From an uncultured Bacillales bacterium (GTDB lineage Bacteria; Bacillota_I; Bacilli_A; RF39; UBA660): 52,771 nt of DNA. Below the pieces are notes generated by a model, which had not been told where the DNA came from, did not search any database, and saw nothing but the letters and a program-made list of their open reading frames with translations. The first letter of the stretch is position 1. Every line of letters starts with the position of its first letter. Of this stretch, positions 1 through 9,051 are shown one piece after another. The position numbers and the translations under genes were made by a program. The stretch lies in contig CAMUMB010000002.1 of assembly GCA_947089915.1 (NCBI GenBank), positions 1-52,771 on the forward strand. The letters are read 5' to 3'.

Positions 1-60
<60 letters not shown>

Positions 61-166
61 AAATATTTTTTTGTTCATTTGAATTGTTTTATCCTAACTT
101 TTGAATTGACTTTTTGCTCAGTTTTCAAAGATCATTTTCCTGCCTTCTTTTCGTGAAAGCACTACT

Positions 167-195
167 AATATATCATTTGCAATTCACTATGTCAA
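167..195 (-). promoter_or_regulatory. rRNA operon promoter, proximal copy
   Basis: Minus strand: TTGACA (190-195), 17-bp spacer, extended -10 TGaTATATT (hexamer 167-172). An A-rich UP-like tract AAAAAAGTGAAAAAAG lies just upstream. It sits about 100 nt upstream of the 16S 5' end. Confidence 0.75.
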
Positions 196-357
196 GAACT
201 TTTTTCACTTTTTTTCATTTTTCTTTCTTTTTCGATTTTATTCACGAAATATTGACAAACAGTTGTCTATCAAATGAGAGAAAAACGAAATTAGCTTAAA
301 AAAAGAAACGAGTTAATGTTTGCTTTTTTTGAGTTCTTTTTCCGTGAAAGCATTATT

Positions 358-386
358 AATATATCATTAGAAGATAAATGTGTCAA
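358..386 (-). promoter_or_regulatory. rRNA operon promoter, distal copy
   Basis: Same architecture as the proximal copy: TTGACA (381-386), 17 bp, TGaTATATT (hexamer 358-363), same A-rich upstream tract. The roughly 70-bp blocks around 140-215 and 330-405 are near-identical. Confidence 0.7.
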
Positions 387-455
387 GAACTTTTTTCACT
401 TTTTTAAAAATTTCTTGACTTCTCTTAAATATATGTAAAAATGGTGTAGATATTC

Positions 456-998
456 CTATTTATTTTCACTTTTTATTTTTTCATAAATTTCATGATACTG
501 TATATTTTGCTCTGCTTGAAATACCTTTGAACCATCTTTATATAAATGTATGAGTTCATCGAGTCCATTATGAATGGCAATGTCAAGTTGGTCTGAATAT
601 TGCATCAATTGTTTATGGTATTTATATTCCATGCGATCCAAAATGCGATAATCTCCAGATGGATAGATACGGACATCCAAATCATAATCAATATATTTAA
701 TAACGCCTTCTTCTATTATATAAGGAGACTCTACATTACAATAATAAGATATGCCGTCTTTTTTTAATTGTGCAATCACATTAAACCATTTGTTACGAAA
801 AAAATAGATAACGGCTGGTTCTTTGGTTCTCCATGTTCTACCATCTGCTTCTGTCACTAAGGTATGGTCATTTCCAAATACAATATAATCCTTTTTGATA
901 TCTAATACAATTGCTTCTTCCCAAGCACAATGAATTTTACCATCGTGCTTATAACAGTGGATTTGAAATTGGTCTCCAATACAAATTGGTTTCATCAT
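456..998 (-). CDS. DUF402-family protein (Ntdp/YgaC-like nucleoside tri/diphosphatase)
   Basis: ORF track 456-1022. I place the start at the ATGATG pair (998/995) just after GAAGGTGGGA. The HCYKHDGK...WRT...YFF..WFNV..YYCN..SP...DYDLD pattern is the DUF402 signature as I recall it. Confidence 0.7.
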   Translation of the reverse strand: MMKPICIGDQFQIHCYKHDGKIHCAWEEAIVLDIKKDYIVFGNDHTLVTEADGRTWRTKEPAVIYFFRNKWFNVIAQLKKDGISYYCNVESPYIIEEGVIKYIDYDLDVRIYPSGDYRILDRMEYKYHKQLMQYSDQLDIAIHNGLDELIHLYKDGSKVFQAEQNIQYHEIYEKIKSENK

Positions 999-1055
999 TC
1001 CCACCTTCTTCCTGTTACACATTATACAGGAATAAGTCGAAAAAGAAAAGAAGCA

Positions 1056-1097
1056 TATTTTTTACTCTGACAAGTATATTTTTTACTCTGACAAGTA
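1056..1097. repeat. perfect 21-bp tandem duplication covering the stop codon of the Ctp gene
   Basis: tattttttactctgacaagta occurs twice back to back (1056-1076, 1077-1097). On the minus strand each copy reads ...TACTTGTCAGAGTAA (YLSE-stop). Confidence 0.9.
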
Positions 1098-2285
1098 ACG
1101 AATTGCTTCTTGTAATTGATTATCAGTTTTATCATTTGGATTTACAAAATAATTGACATCTAACCTCACTTCAATATCAGGTGTGACTCCTATTTTATGT
1201 ATCCAATTACCATCTGGTGTTAACCATTTTTTAGTAGTAAATTTATATTCAATTCCATCTTTTCCATCAACAAGTTCCTGTACGGTTCCTTTTCCATAGC
1301 TCGTTTCTCCAATCACAGTTGCTCCATAAGACTCTTTTAGTGCTGTGCTTAACAGCTCTGATGCAGAAGCACTATTGCTATTTTGTAAAACAACGATTGG
1401 ATAGGATTTTGTTTCATTTCCCTTTGAATAGTATTTTGTGATTTCATCCTTCATTTCAATTTGGTATATCACTTTGGTTTGATCTAAAAACAAACTAACG
1501 ATATTAACGGCTGTAGTCAAGTGTCCACCAGAATTTTCTCTTACATCAATAATCAAAGAATCAATACCTTGTCCTTCTAAGGATTTCAGTTCATTTTGGA
1601 ATTGTCGATCTGTCGTATTGGAAAAGATACTGAAATAGATATAGCCAATCTTCTTTCCATTTTGTTCATACATTTTAGAACTTACAGATGGAATTTCCAC
1701 GACTGTTTTTTTTACAGTAACCTCGATTATTTCTTCATTGCGTAGAACAGTTAAAGTAAATTGATCTAGTTGTTTTTCTTTTACATATTTGGTTAATTCT
1801 GATTTATCTTTTCCAAGCATATCTGTTCCATCAATTGCAGTTACAATATCATTTACTTGTAATCCAGCTTGTGCTGCTGGAGAGGATGGAAATACGCCAA
1901 CAATTTGGATATTTCCATCAGTATTATTCGTGATTTCAATTCCAATTCCGCTATAGTTTCCATTTAAAGACATATTGAAGTTATCAGAATTCATTTCATC
2001 GATAAAGGTAGAATAAGGATCATCTAAAGCATCTATCATACCCGCAATTGCACCATTCAATAAAGTAGTATCATCGACTTCTTCATAATAGTTATCTTTA
2101 ATATATTGATAATGTTCTAGTATTTTAGAAACAAATTCATTTTCCTGCTTTGTTGCTGTTTTCGGTACAAAGCGAGATGATATCGTTATTCCCATAAAAA
2201 TACTAACAACACAAGTTATTATAATAAGAAAAACAACCTCAGAAGTATGAAATGTATTTTTAGATTTTCTTTTATTTCTTATCAT
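1083..2285 (-). CDS. S41 carboxy-terminal processing peptidase with PDZ domain
   Basis: N-terminal TM helix. PDZ-like GIGIEI...GVFPSSPAAQAGLQVNDIVTAIDG. S41 core DVRENSGGHL, NSNSASASE (Ser) and YGKGTVQ (Lys). RBS AAGGTGA upstream. Confidence 0.88.
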   Translation of the reverse strand: MIRNKRKSKNTFHTSEVVFLIIITCVVSIFMGITISSRFVPKTATKQENEFVSKILEHYQYIKDNYYEEVDDTTLLNGAIAGMIDALDDPYSTFIDEMNSDNFNMSLNGNYSGIGIEITNNTDGNIQIVGVFPSSPAAQAGLQVNDIVTAIDGTDMLGKDKSELTKYVKEKQLDQFTLTVLRNEEIIEVTVKKTVVEIPSVSSKMYEQNGKKIGYIYFSIFSNTTDRQFQNELKSLEGQGIDSLIIDVRENSGGHLTTAVNIVSLFLDQTKVIYQIEMKDEITKYYSKGNETKSYPIVVLQNSNSASASELLSTALKESYGATVIGETSYGKGTVQELVDGKDGIEYKFTTKKWLTPDGNWIHKIGVTPDIEVRLDVNYFVNPNDKTDNQLQEAIRYLSE

Positions 2286-2365
2286 AATATCACCTTCTTA
2301 ACTATAACATATTCTCATTTTTCTGTCTATGATTCTGGAAAAAGTGAATACACCTTTTTTACAAC

Positions 2366-2836
2366 TTATAATGTTTTTAAAAATTCTAAAATTGTTTCAC
2401 TCGTTTCATAATGTGCTACCATTGTTCCGTTTTGAATTTGGAATAATGTAGTTCCTGTTACTTTCAAGTTTTCTGTAAAGTCTGCTGTTTCCCCTATGAA
2501 TTTTTGATTTAATACAGAAGATAAATTTACTTTATAATAGGGTATTCCATTTTCTTTTTTACTCGCTTGCGTTAAAAGATTTTCAAAAAGAGAAATATAA
2601 GAATCATCTTTTTCTTCCACTAATACAAAATAATTCGTTTCTTTTTGATGGTATAATTCTCCCAAAAGAATCTCATCATATTGAATAATAGATGGTGTTG
2701 TAGATGGTTTTGTATAATCTCCTTTTTTACGGCCAGTGGATAGAGCTGTTATCAAATAAAATACGAAAAATATAACAACCACAACTATTATGATACGAAT
2801 AAAATTCTTTACTTCAATTGAATTTGTTTTTTCCAT
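2366..2836 (-). CDS. membrane-anchored hypothetical protein
   Basis: One N-terminal TM helix (IIIVVVVIFFVFYLITAL) followed by a soluble domain of about 110 aa. There is no Cys and no motif I can name. RBS AGGTGA. Confidence 0.6.
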   Translation of the reverse strand: MEKTNSIEVKNFIRIIIVVVVIFFVFYLITALSTGRKKGDYTKPSTTPSIIQYDEILLGELYHQKETNYFVLVEEKDDSYISLFENLLTQASKKENGIPYYKVNLSSVLNQKFIGETADFTENLKVTGTTLFQIQNGTMVAHYETSETILEFLKTL

Positions 2837-2892
2837 GTTATCACCTGTTTGTAATTATATCATAAATTAAAAAAAATAGATACATGAAATAT

Positions 2893-3885
2893 CTATTTTC
2901 CAATTGGAACAGAACTAATTGATTGCACCACTTTCAATAATTCCTCACCATCTAGGACATCCGATACTGCATAATATTCAATTCCATTGCTGATCCAATT
3001 TGCGGAATTACTTGTAATACTACCAACAGTATCCATCAGTATTTCAGGATCCCCATAAACGGGGATGACAACAAAATCTTCTTCTACACTAACGGTTTCT
3101 TCTACTAACATAAATGGAGATTCTCCACCAAAGGTTAATATAATACGCTCTCCATCAGTTTTCTTAACAACGTCTTGGCTCTCTAAATAAGTATTAACAG
3201 GCATATACATTGGATAAATGATATCATCAATCGTTTTAGAAGTTTCTTCGGTCACTTCTCCAGTTTTCATGTTTTCGCCCAGTTCAAAGTAATCTTTATC
3301 AAAAGTAGCACCACTATCTATTTTTTTGTAAGTCATTTTCATACGGACAATTCCTTCTTCGTTTAACACTTCGACTTTTTGAATATTTCCTTTTTTATCT
3401 AAATAAATTTTTTGACTTTTTAAATTTTTATTGTTGGCATAATTGACTGTTGTACTGATAATATATTGATCGCCTTTTTCTTCAACCTTTTTGGATTTGT
3501 CATTTTTAATATCTTTGACTAGTATTTGCATCAAATAACTTTGAGAATTGTTATATGGCCATTCACTTTGAAATTTAAAACTTTTGTTCAAACTTGGTGT
3601 TAATACATATACACCTTCTGTATTTTTTAAAATAATTTGTTCATGGTTATTGGTTTGATTTTTTAAACTCACACGAAATAAGTCATCCTTTTTATAGGAT
3701 ACTTCTACGTCATATCGATAACTATCTTCATTGTTAATAATTTCCAGTTCTCCCGTTACATGATAACTTTTTGCACTTTCTACTTTACTGGTCAATGTAC
3801 TTACAATATCTTGATTTTTCTTTCCAAAGCATCCTGTTACCAAGATACAACAAAGAATCGTTGTACATAAAATTTTTACTTTCAT
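2893..3885 (-). CDS. lipoprotein, possibly LolA-fold/DUF4367-like
   Basis: Signal peptide with lipobox LVTG|C. The remainder is beta-rich. The family assignment is from memory only. RBS GAGGTGA. Confidence 0.6.
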   Translation of the reverse strand: MKVKILCTTILCCILVTGCFGKKNQDIVSTLTSKVESAKSYHVTGELEIINNEDSYRYDVEVSYKKDDLFRVSLKNQTNNHEQIILKNTEGVYVLTPSLNKSFKFQSEWPYNNSQSYLMQILVKDIKNDKSKKVEEKGDQYIISTTVNYANNKNLKSQKIYLDKKGNIQKVEVLNEEGIVRMKMTYKKIDSGATFDKDYFELGENMKTGEVTEETSKTIDDIIYPMYMPVNTYLESQDVVKKTDGERIILTFGGESPFMLVEETVSVEEDFVVIPVYGDPEILMDTVGSITSNSANWISNGIEYYAVSDVLDGEELLKVVQSISSVPIGK

Positions 3886-3993
3886 TCTTTCACCTCATAT
3901 CATATTTCACTTAATTATATGGACCATAATAAAAAATATGAATAATTTCTAATTCTTAGGAAAAGATAATAGTAAGACAGAAAGGAGAATCAT

Positions 3994-4191
3994 ATGGAAA
4001 CGTTACAAAAAGTAGCTTTGGTCTTTACAATCATCGGTGCGATTGTATGGGGAATGATTGGATTATTCGATTTCAATATTATTGACACATTATTCAAGGA
4101 CATGTATATTATCGCAAGAATTATCTATATCATTGTTGGAATATGTGGACTTATTAATATAGGACTTCTTTTCAATCATATAGAAAAATAA
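3994..4191 (+). CDS. DUF378 small membrane protein
   Basis: 65 aa, two TM helices. VALVFTIIGAIVWGMIGLFDFNII matches the DUF378 pattern (IGAINWGLIG..F.fdlV). RBS AAAGGAGA. Confidence 0.8.
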   Translation: METLQKVALVFTIIGAIVWGMIGLFDFNIIDTLFKDMYIIARIIYIIVGICGLINIGLLFNHIEK

Positions 4192-4218
4192 AACCCTCAC
4201 ATATGTGAAGGTTTTTTC
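4192..4218. terminator. bidirectional rho-independent terminator (DUF378 gene / cdaR)
   Basis: aaccctcacatatgtgaaggtt hairpin flanked by an A-run on the left and a T-run on the right, between two convergent genes. Confidence 0.75.
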
Positions 4219-4219
4219 A

Positions 4220-5578
4220 TTAATTTCGTGTTAATGTAATTCGAACTCTTCTCGTCTTAGAAGTATATTGTACTTTCGGATCAGTTCCTTCTACCTGTAC
4301 TTCTACTTCATATTCCCCAGGTTCTGTGAAACCGGATAAATCAACAGAGGCAGTAATATCATTGGAACGAATCGCATCTATTACAGATTTAACACCTTTT
4401 AGATTAACAGTAACACTTGCAGCATTGCTATCTTTTGCATTGGCTCTTAATCCGTCAGCAACGTTTCTCATATTGACAGTTACATTCTCAATATCTCTAC
4501 TAGAAACATCGTCTAAAGTAACATTGACAGTTACATTGTTAACGGATAAAGAACGTACACCGATTGGTTTTGGAATTTCTAATTTATATTCTTTGTTTGC
4601 TTTTAAATCTGTTACATCAATTTCAATCGGAATATAATTTAATGCTTCTAATGTTTTCGCATCTCCATATACAGTAACATTCGTTACATTTGCATTTAAT
4701 GTACTAATTGCTTGACCAAAGCTTACTTCACCAACTGGTACAATACGTAGTGGAACTTCTTTACTTGGAGATGAAATCACAACATCTACATCCATCTTGC
4801 TGGGAACAATTTCTACATCCACTACATTTCCCTCAGAATCATAAGCTTTCAAAGGAACATCTCTTAATGTTGTTGTTCCCACTTCTGTAGAAACTAGATT
4901 TTTAATATCGACCAAAGCCTTTACTGATACAACTTGTTTCAGTTGATGTTCTGCGCCTTTGATTACAATTTTATCCGTATCATAATTTACATTATCAATT
5001 ACATATTTTGGATCTAAACTGTCTTGATTTAAAATGTCCACAGTTAATGTTCTTGTTTCTGAGACTTTTTGATAAATAACAACCGTTGCGACAGAAGGAT
5101 TCACCATGTAATCAATTTTACCAGCATTCTGTGTATATTCCATATTTACTCTATGTGTCCCAGGTTTTAATCCACTTAAATCAACTGTTACATTATGAGA
5201 AGAAGATTGTTTTGCGATATAAAGGTCTGTTTTACTTCCAATCAATGTAATATCGACTGTCTCTGGAAGGCCTTCAATTACATATGCTTCTTCATTATAT
5301 ATAACTTCAACTGGACGATTTTTCAAAACTTCAGCTGAATTATCTGTAAATAGAATAATTTTTTGATCAATTATAATAAAGATTACGATTGCCAAAAATA
5401 GCGAAATAAATAGTAAGGTATTACTCTTAGATAGCCAGTTTTCAAACTTTCTTCCTGAATGGTCAAATTTAGAAGAAATAAATACGACTAATTTTGTAAT
5501 AGGGACAATGATAAGTTTATCTACAATATAACCAATTTTGTGACTAACAATTCTAATTGTCCGAAGGAGTTTCTTCAT
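4220..5578 (-). CDS. cdaR: CdaR, YbbR-domain regulator of diadenylate cyclase
   Basis: N-terminal TM helix followed by repeated YbbR-like beta modules (V.V..V...V..G...). It overlaps the 3' end of cdaA by 26 nt, the conserved cdaA-cdaR arrangement. Confidence 0.85.
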   Translation of the reverse strand: MKKLLRTIRIVSHKIGYIVDKLIIVPITKLVVFISSKFDHSGRKFENWLSKSNTLLFISLFLAIVIFIIIDQKIILFTDNSAEVLKNRPVEVIYNEEAYVIEGLPETVDITLIGSKTDLYIAKQSSSHNVTVDLSGLKPGTHRVNMEYTQNAGKIDYMVNPSVATVVIYQKVSETRTLTVDILNQDSLDPKYVIDNVNYDTDKIVIKGAEHQLKQVVSVKALVDIKNLVSTEVGTTTLRDVPLKAYDSEGNVVDVEIVPSKMDVDVVISSPSKEVPLRIVPVGEVSFGQAISTLNANVTNVTVYGDAKTLEALNYIPIEIDVTDLKANKEYKLEIPKPIGVRSLSVNNVTVNVTLDDVSSRDIENVTVNMRNVADGLRANAKDSNAASVTVNLKGVKSVIDAIRSNDITASVDLSGFTEPGEYEVEVQVEGTDPKVQYTSKTRRVRITLTRN

Positions 5579-6383
5579 CTTCTTCTACCTCCTCTTCTTC
5601 ATCCATGATCAATGATTTTTTAGGTCTTAATTCCTCTAACAAGATCATTTTGACATCATCGATTGTTAAGTTGTAATTAAGCTCTCCATTCATTGCAATA
5701 GAAAGCCTTCCTGTTTCTTCTGAAACAACCAAAGCAATACAATCACCTGTTTCTGATATACCCAAAGCAGCACGATGACGTGTTCCTAGTCGCTTACTAA
5801 TTTTTAGGTTATCACTGGTTGGAAATACCGCACCTGCACTAGTAATTTTATCTCCTTGAATAATTACACCACCATCATGTAAAGGATTATTTGGAAAAAA
5901 GATAGAAATCAACAAATCGGATGAGATATCTGCATAAATTTTTTTTGATTTTTGAATATAATCATTTAAGCTGTTATCCCTTTCAATAACGATAAGAGCA
6001 CCAATTCTGTCTTTTTTTAAGGATTCCATTGCACCTGTAATCTCATAAACCATTTTTTCGCGTTCATCGACGGTTAATACCTTATGGCGACCTAACAATT
6101 GACTTCTTCCTAACTGTTCTAATACATTACGTATTTCAGGTTGAAATATTACAATTAAAGCAAGCGGCCCCCATGTAATTACATAATCAAGCAAATAACC
6201 AATGGTTACTAAATCTAATATATCACTGATAATCTTAATTACAACAATAATTAAGATTCCCTTAAATAAAAGTACCATTTTTACATTTTTTCTTAAATTT
6301 TTTAAAATATAATAAAGTGCAAGCCAAACCAACAAAACATCAATCAATTTTGTAATGAGTGACATGATATTATCAAAAGTCAT
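5553..6383 (-). CDS. cdaA: diadenylate cyclase CdaA (c-di-AMP synthase)
   Basis: Three N-terminal TM helices plus a DAC domain with HDGGVII and TRHRAALGISE...ALVVSEETG motifs. Confidence 0.92.
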   Translation of the reverse strand: MTFDNIMSLITKLIDVLLVWLALYYILKNLRKNVKMVLLFKGILIIVVIKIISDILDLVTIGYLLDYVITWGPLALIVIFQPEIRNVLEQLGRSQLLGRHKVLTVDEREKMVYEITGAMESLKKDRIGALIVIERDNSLNDYIQKSKKIYADISSDLLISIFFPNNPLHDGGVIIQGDKITSAGAVFPTSDNLKISKRLGTRHRAALGISETGDCIALVVSEETGRLSIAMNGELNYNLTIDDVKMILLEELRPKKSLIMDEEEEVEEDEETPSDN

Positions 6384-6439
6384 AATCTACCTCCAATATT
6401 TTTACATTTTAAATTATATCACATATATGATTTTTTGAA

Positions 6440-6462
6440 AACAAAAAAGACCAAATGGTCTT
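6440..6462 (-). terminator. rho-independent terminator
   Basis: Minus strand AAGACCATTTGGTCTT followed by TTTTTGTTTT. The stem overlaps the stop codon of the 6461-6940 gene. Confidence 0.7.
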
Positions 6463-6940
6463 AAAATCTCCAAATATCATCATCTGAGTTTGTATCATCA
6501 ATGTCTGTTTTTAAATCCTCAATATTTGGTAAATCCATATCTAGGTCTTCTGCTTCTTTTCCGATTTTATAAGTATTAGGTGTGCCATCCAGCCCAGCAT
6601 ATAACTCTTCTGGAATTTCTTCTTCGATTTCTTCCTTTTCCTCTGGTTCTTGAATTTCAATTGCATCCAAATCTTCCATAGGTTCTTCCTCTACCATTTC
6701 CACTTCGGCATCTTGTACAGGCATATCTTGTTCAAATAATAATTCTTCTGGTTGTTCTTGCACGGATGGAATTTTTACAGACTTAACTGGCGCCTTTTCT
6801 ACTATCTTTTCTTGTTTTTTACTTTTCTTTTTCCCAAATTGTGTTTTTTCTGCAAAATAACCAATCAAAGTCATCAATAGTACAATACCGCCTACTAAAA
6901 ACCAAACATAATTTTCTATCACAAAATCTAAATACTCCAT
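6461..6940 (-). CDS. membrane-anchored, extremely acidic hypothetical protein
   Basis: Start moved to MEYLDF (ATG 6940) behind RBS TAGGAGGA. One TM helix, then a tail rich in E/D with an EEEIPEE-type low-complexity stretch. Confidence 0.6.
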   Translation of the reverse strand: MEYLDFVIENYVWFLVGGIVLLMTLIGYFAEKTQFGKKKSKKQEKIVEKAPVKSVKIPSVQEQPEELLFEQDMPVQDAEVEMVEEEPMEDLDAIEIQEPEEKEEIEEEIPEELYAGLDGTPNTYKIGKEAEDLDMDLPNIEDLKTDIDDTNSDDDIWRF

Positions 6941-7000
6941 ACTTTTTATCCTCCTATTCTTAATCATCATAACATTAAATACAATATTTGACAATCATTT

Positions 7001-7507
7001 TTATTCCTCTAAATAATTTTCTCCTTTAAAAGGTTCTGTCATTAGTAACCCTGGATAGTTTTGTTGGCGTAATACTTCATAGAGCATAATCGCAACCGCA
7101 TTTGATAAATTAAGTGCACGTATATTGACATTCATTGGAATTCGCATGCAATGTTCTAAATCATGTTGTAATATTTCCTTCGGAATTCCTGTACTTTCTT
7201 TTCCAAAAATCAAGTAGATTGACTCTTTTGGATTAGAATAATCAAAACTAGTATGTGGCTTTTTCCCATAACGTGTTAAATAATAATAAGTTCCTGTATT
7301 TTGGGATTGAAACTCCTCAAAATTTTTGTATACAGTGTAATCACAGTATTCTAAATAATTCACTGCAGATCGTTTAATATATTTTTCATCTAAAGAAAAA
7401 CCCAAAGGTTCAATCAGATGTAACTTCGTACCTGTTCCCGCACAGGTTCGCATAATATTTCCTGTATTTTGTGGGATTTCAGGTTCAAATAATACAATAT
7501 GTATCAT
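7001..7507 (-). CDS. trmL: tRNA (cytidine/uridine-2'-O)-methyltransferase TrmL (SpoU family)
   Basis: MIHIVLFEPEIPQNTGNIMRTCAGTG...LHLIEPLGF and C-terminal IPM...RALNLSNAVAI, typical of the SPOUT TrmL family. Confidence 0.88.
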   Translation of the reverse strand: MIHIVLFEPEIPQNTGNIMRTCAGTGTKLHLIEPLGFSLDEKYIKRSAVNYLEYCDYTVYKNFEEFQSQNTGTYYYLTRYGKKPHTSFDYSNPKESIYLIFGKESTGIPKEILQHDLEHCMRIPMNVNIRALNLSNAVAIMLYEVLRQQNYPGLLMTEPFKGENYLEE

Positions 7508-7992
7508 TCTTTCTCCAAATAATTTTGAATATAATAAACAATTTCTTTTGGATTTTTTTCTTGATTTTCCTTATATAAAACCGATGTTCCCATTTCATCA
7601 GTTACAATTACTACATTGGGATAAATAAGTGTATCCAACTTTAAAATATTCTTTAGATTTTCTTCGGAACTTATTTTATAAACATCCATATAAACAACAT
7701 TTTTCGTCAAATTTTGATCTTTCATAAGACTTTTTAATTGTATTTCAAAATCAGAGAATGTATCATCTGTACTATCCGATAGATAAATAATCACGTCATG
7801 ATTATCTAATATATAATTTTGAATCTCATTTTCTTTGACTTCAGATAGAAACTGCATTCTGGTATGAATACTATTTTCATAATCCTTTTGTTTATTGTAA
7901 AAAGATACAAAATAATATAGCAATGCGAATGTTGCAAGTACAACAATTCCTAAAATAATATAATTTTTACCAGGTATGCTTCTTGTTTCCAT
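7504..7992 (-). CDS. membrane-anchored hypothetical protein
   Basis: N-terminal TM helix plus a soluble domain of about 120 aa without Cys. It overlaps trmL by 4 nt (ATGA). Confidence 0.6.
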   Translation of the reverse strand: METRSIPGKNYIILGIVVLATFALLYYFVSFYNKQKDYENSIHTRMQFLSEVKENEIQNYILDNHDVIIYLSDSTDDTFSDFEIQLKSLMKDQNLTKNVVYMDVYKISSEENLKNILKLDTLIYPNVVIVTDEMGTSVLYKENQEKNPKEIVYYIQNYLEKE

Positions 7993-8064
7993 ATATGCAC
8001 CGCCATTCTAATTCTATTTTAACATATGTATATGCAACAGACAATTGTTTTATGTAAAATGTGA

Positions 8065-9051
8065 CTAATATATTTCGTCATTTTTTTGAATTTGATTGAT
8101 TGTAATTACAGGAAAACTAATACCTTCTTGTTCTGCGAATTTGGCAAACTTTTCACGAAATGCATCCAATTCTTTCACAATACTATCTGGATAAATTCTC
8201 TTGCTCTCAAAAATAGCATTATAAACATCTAACATATCGACTTCTGTTTTATTGTGTAATAATGCTTGTGAAAAAGCACCTGTTAGTACGGAAAAAGCAA
8301 CATCAGGGTACATTGCAGATAATCCATACACACGTTTAAATTCTGAAGTTGCATTCACAATGGATTCCATCAATAGTTCATTCAAATATCCATTATATTT
8401 CATATGGATTCCCGTTTGTTTCTCAATTTTAGGAAGTGATCCTAATAAAATTTTGGTTGTGGTAGCTTCATCTGGCTCCGTTACATCAATACGTTCAAAA
8501 CGACGTAGAAAAGCACGATCGCGGATAATATAGGTATCATATTCCACAGTAGTGGTTGCTCCAATCATTTTAATATCACCACGATCTAATCCTGGTTTCA
8601 ATATATTTGCAAGATCCATTGGACCATCACCGCGTCCACCAATTAAAGTATGGATTTCATCAATAAACAAAATTGTTTTAGGTGCTTGTTTCATTTCATT
8701 GACCAAAAGTTGAATAATCAATTCTGATTTTCCTTGTACCTGAACTGTTCCAAGTAAAGATGTAGAATTGATTTTTATAACATGGTATTCTTTTAATGCG
8801 TCAGGAACTTGTTTTTGCCTAATTAAATAGGAAAGACCTTCTACAATTGCAGTTTTTCCAATACCTGGTTTTCCAATCAATAAAGCAGATTTTTCGGGTG
8901 TCATTAATACTAACATCAATCGTTTGATTTCTTCTTCACGTGCAATCGCGGGATTGGTTACATAGACTTTATCCGTTAAATCTTCCCCATACTGTTTTAA
9001 AACAGAAAAACCATCTAAACTCATTTCATTTTGATTCATATTCTCACCCAT
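8065..9051 (-). CDS. stand-alone AAA+ ATPase resembling the D1 module of ClpA/B/C
   Basis: YGEDLTDKV..NPAIAREEEIKRL..L....KSALLIGKPGIGKTAIVEGL (Walker A), ILFIDEIHTLIG (Walker B), ANILKPGLDRGDIKMIGATT, RRFERIDVTEP. It is colinear with Clp D1. There is no N-domain, no D2 and no ClpP loop. Confidence 0.8.
   Translation of the reverse strand: MGENMNQNEMSLDGFSVLKQYGEDLTDKVYVTNPAIAREEEIKRLMLVLMTPEKSALLIGKPGIGKTAIVEGLSYLIRQKQVPDALKEYHVIKINSTSLLGTVQVQGKSELIIQLLVNEMKQAPKTILFIDEIHTLIGGRGDGPMDLANILKPGLDRGDIKMIGATTTVEYDTYIIRDRAFLRRFERIDVTEPDEATTTKILLGSLPKIEKQTGIHMKYNGYLNELLMESIVNATSEFKRVYGLSAMYPDVAFSVLTGAFSQALLHNKTEVDMLDVYNAIFESKRIYPDSIVKELDAFREKFAKFAEQEGISFPVITINQIQKNDEIY

Noticed and set aside
114-299. 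61-aa + strand ORF in the rRNA promoter region. The same applies to 911-1156.
   Set aside because: It lies in A+T-rich promoter/leader DNA or antisense to a well-supported gene. It has no RBS and a low-complexity Phe/Leu-rich translation.
4326-4890. Antisense ORFs inside cdaR. Similar ones lie inside the AAA+ gene, htrA, the recombinase gene, the exonuclease gene, the DUF5131 gene and others listed in the track.
   Set aside because: All lie opposite longer ORFs with recognisable domains. They lack RBSs and have skewed Ser/Leu/Phe-rich composition.
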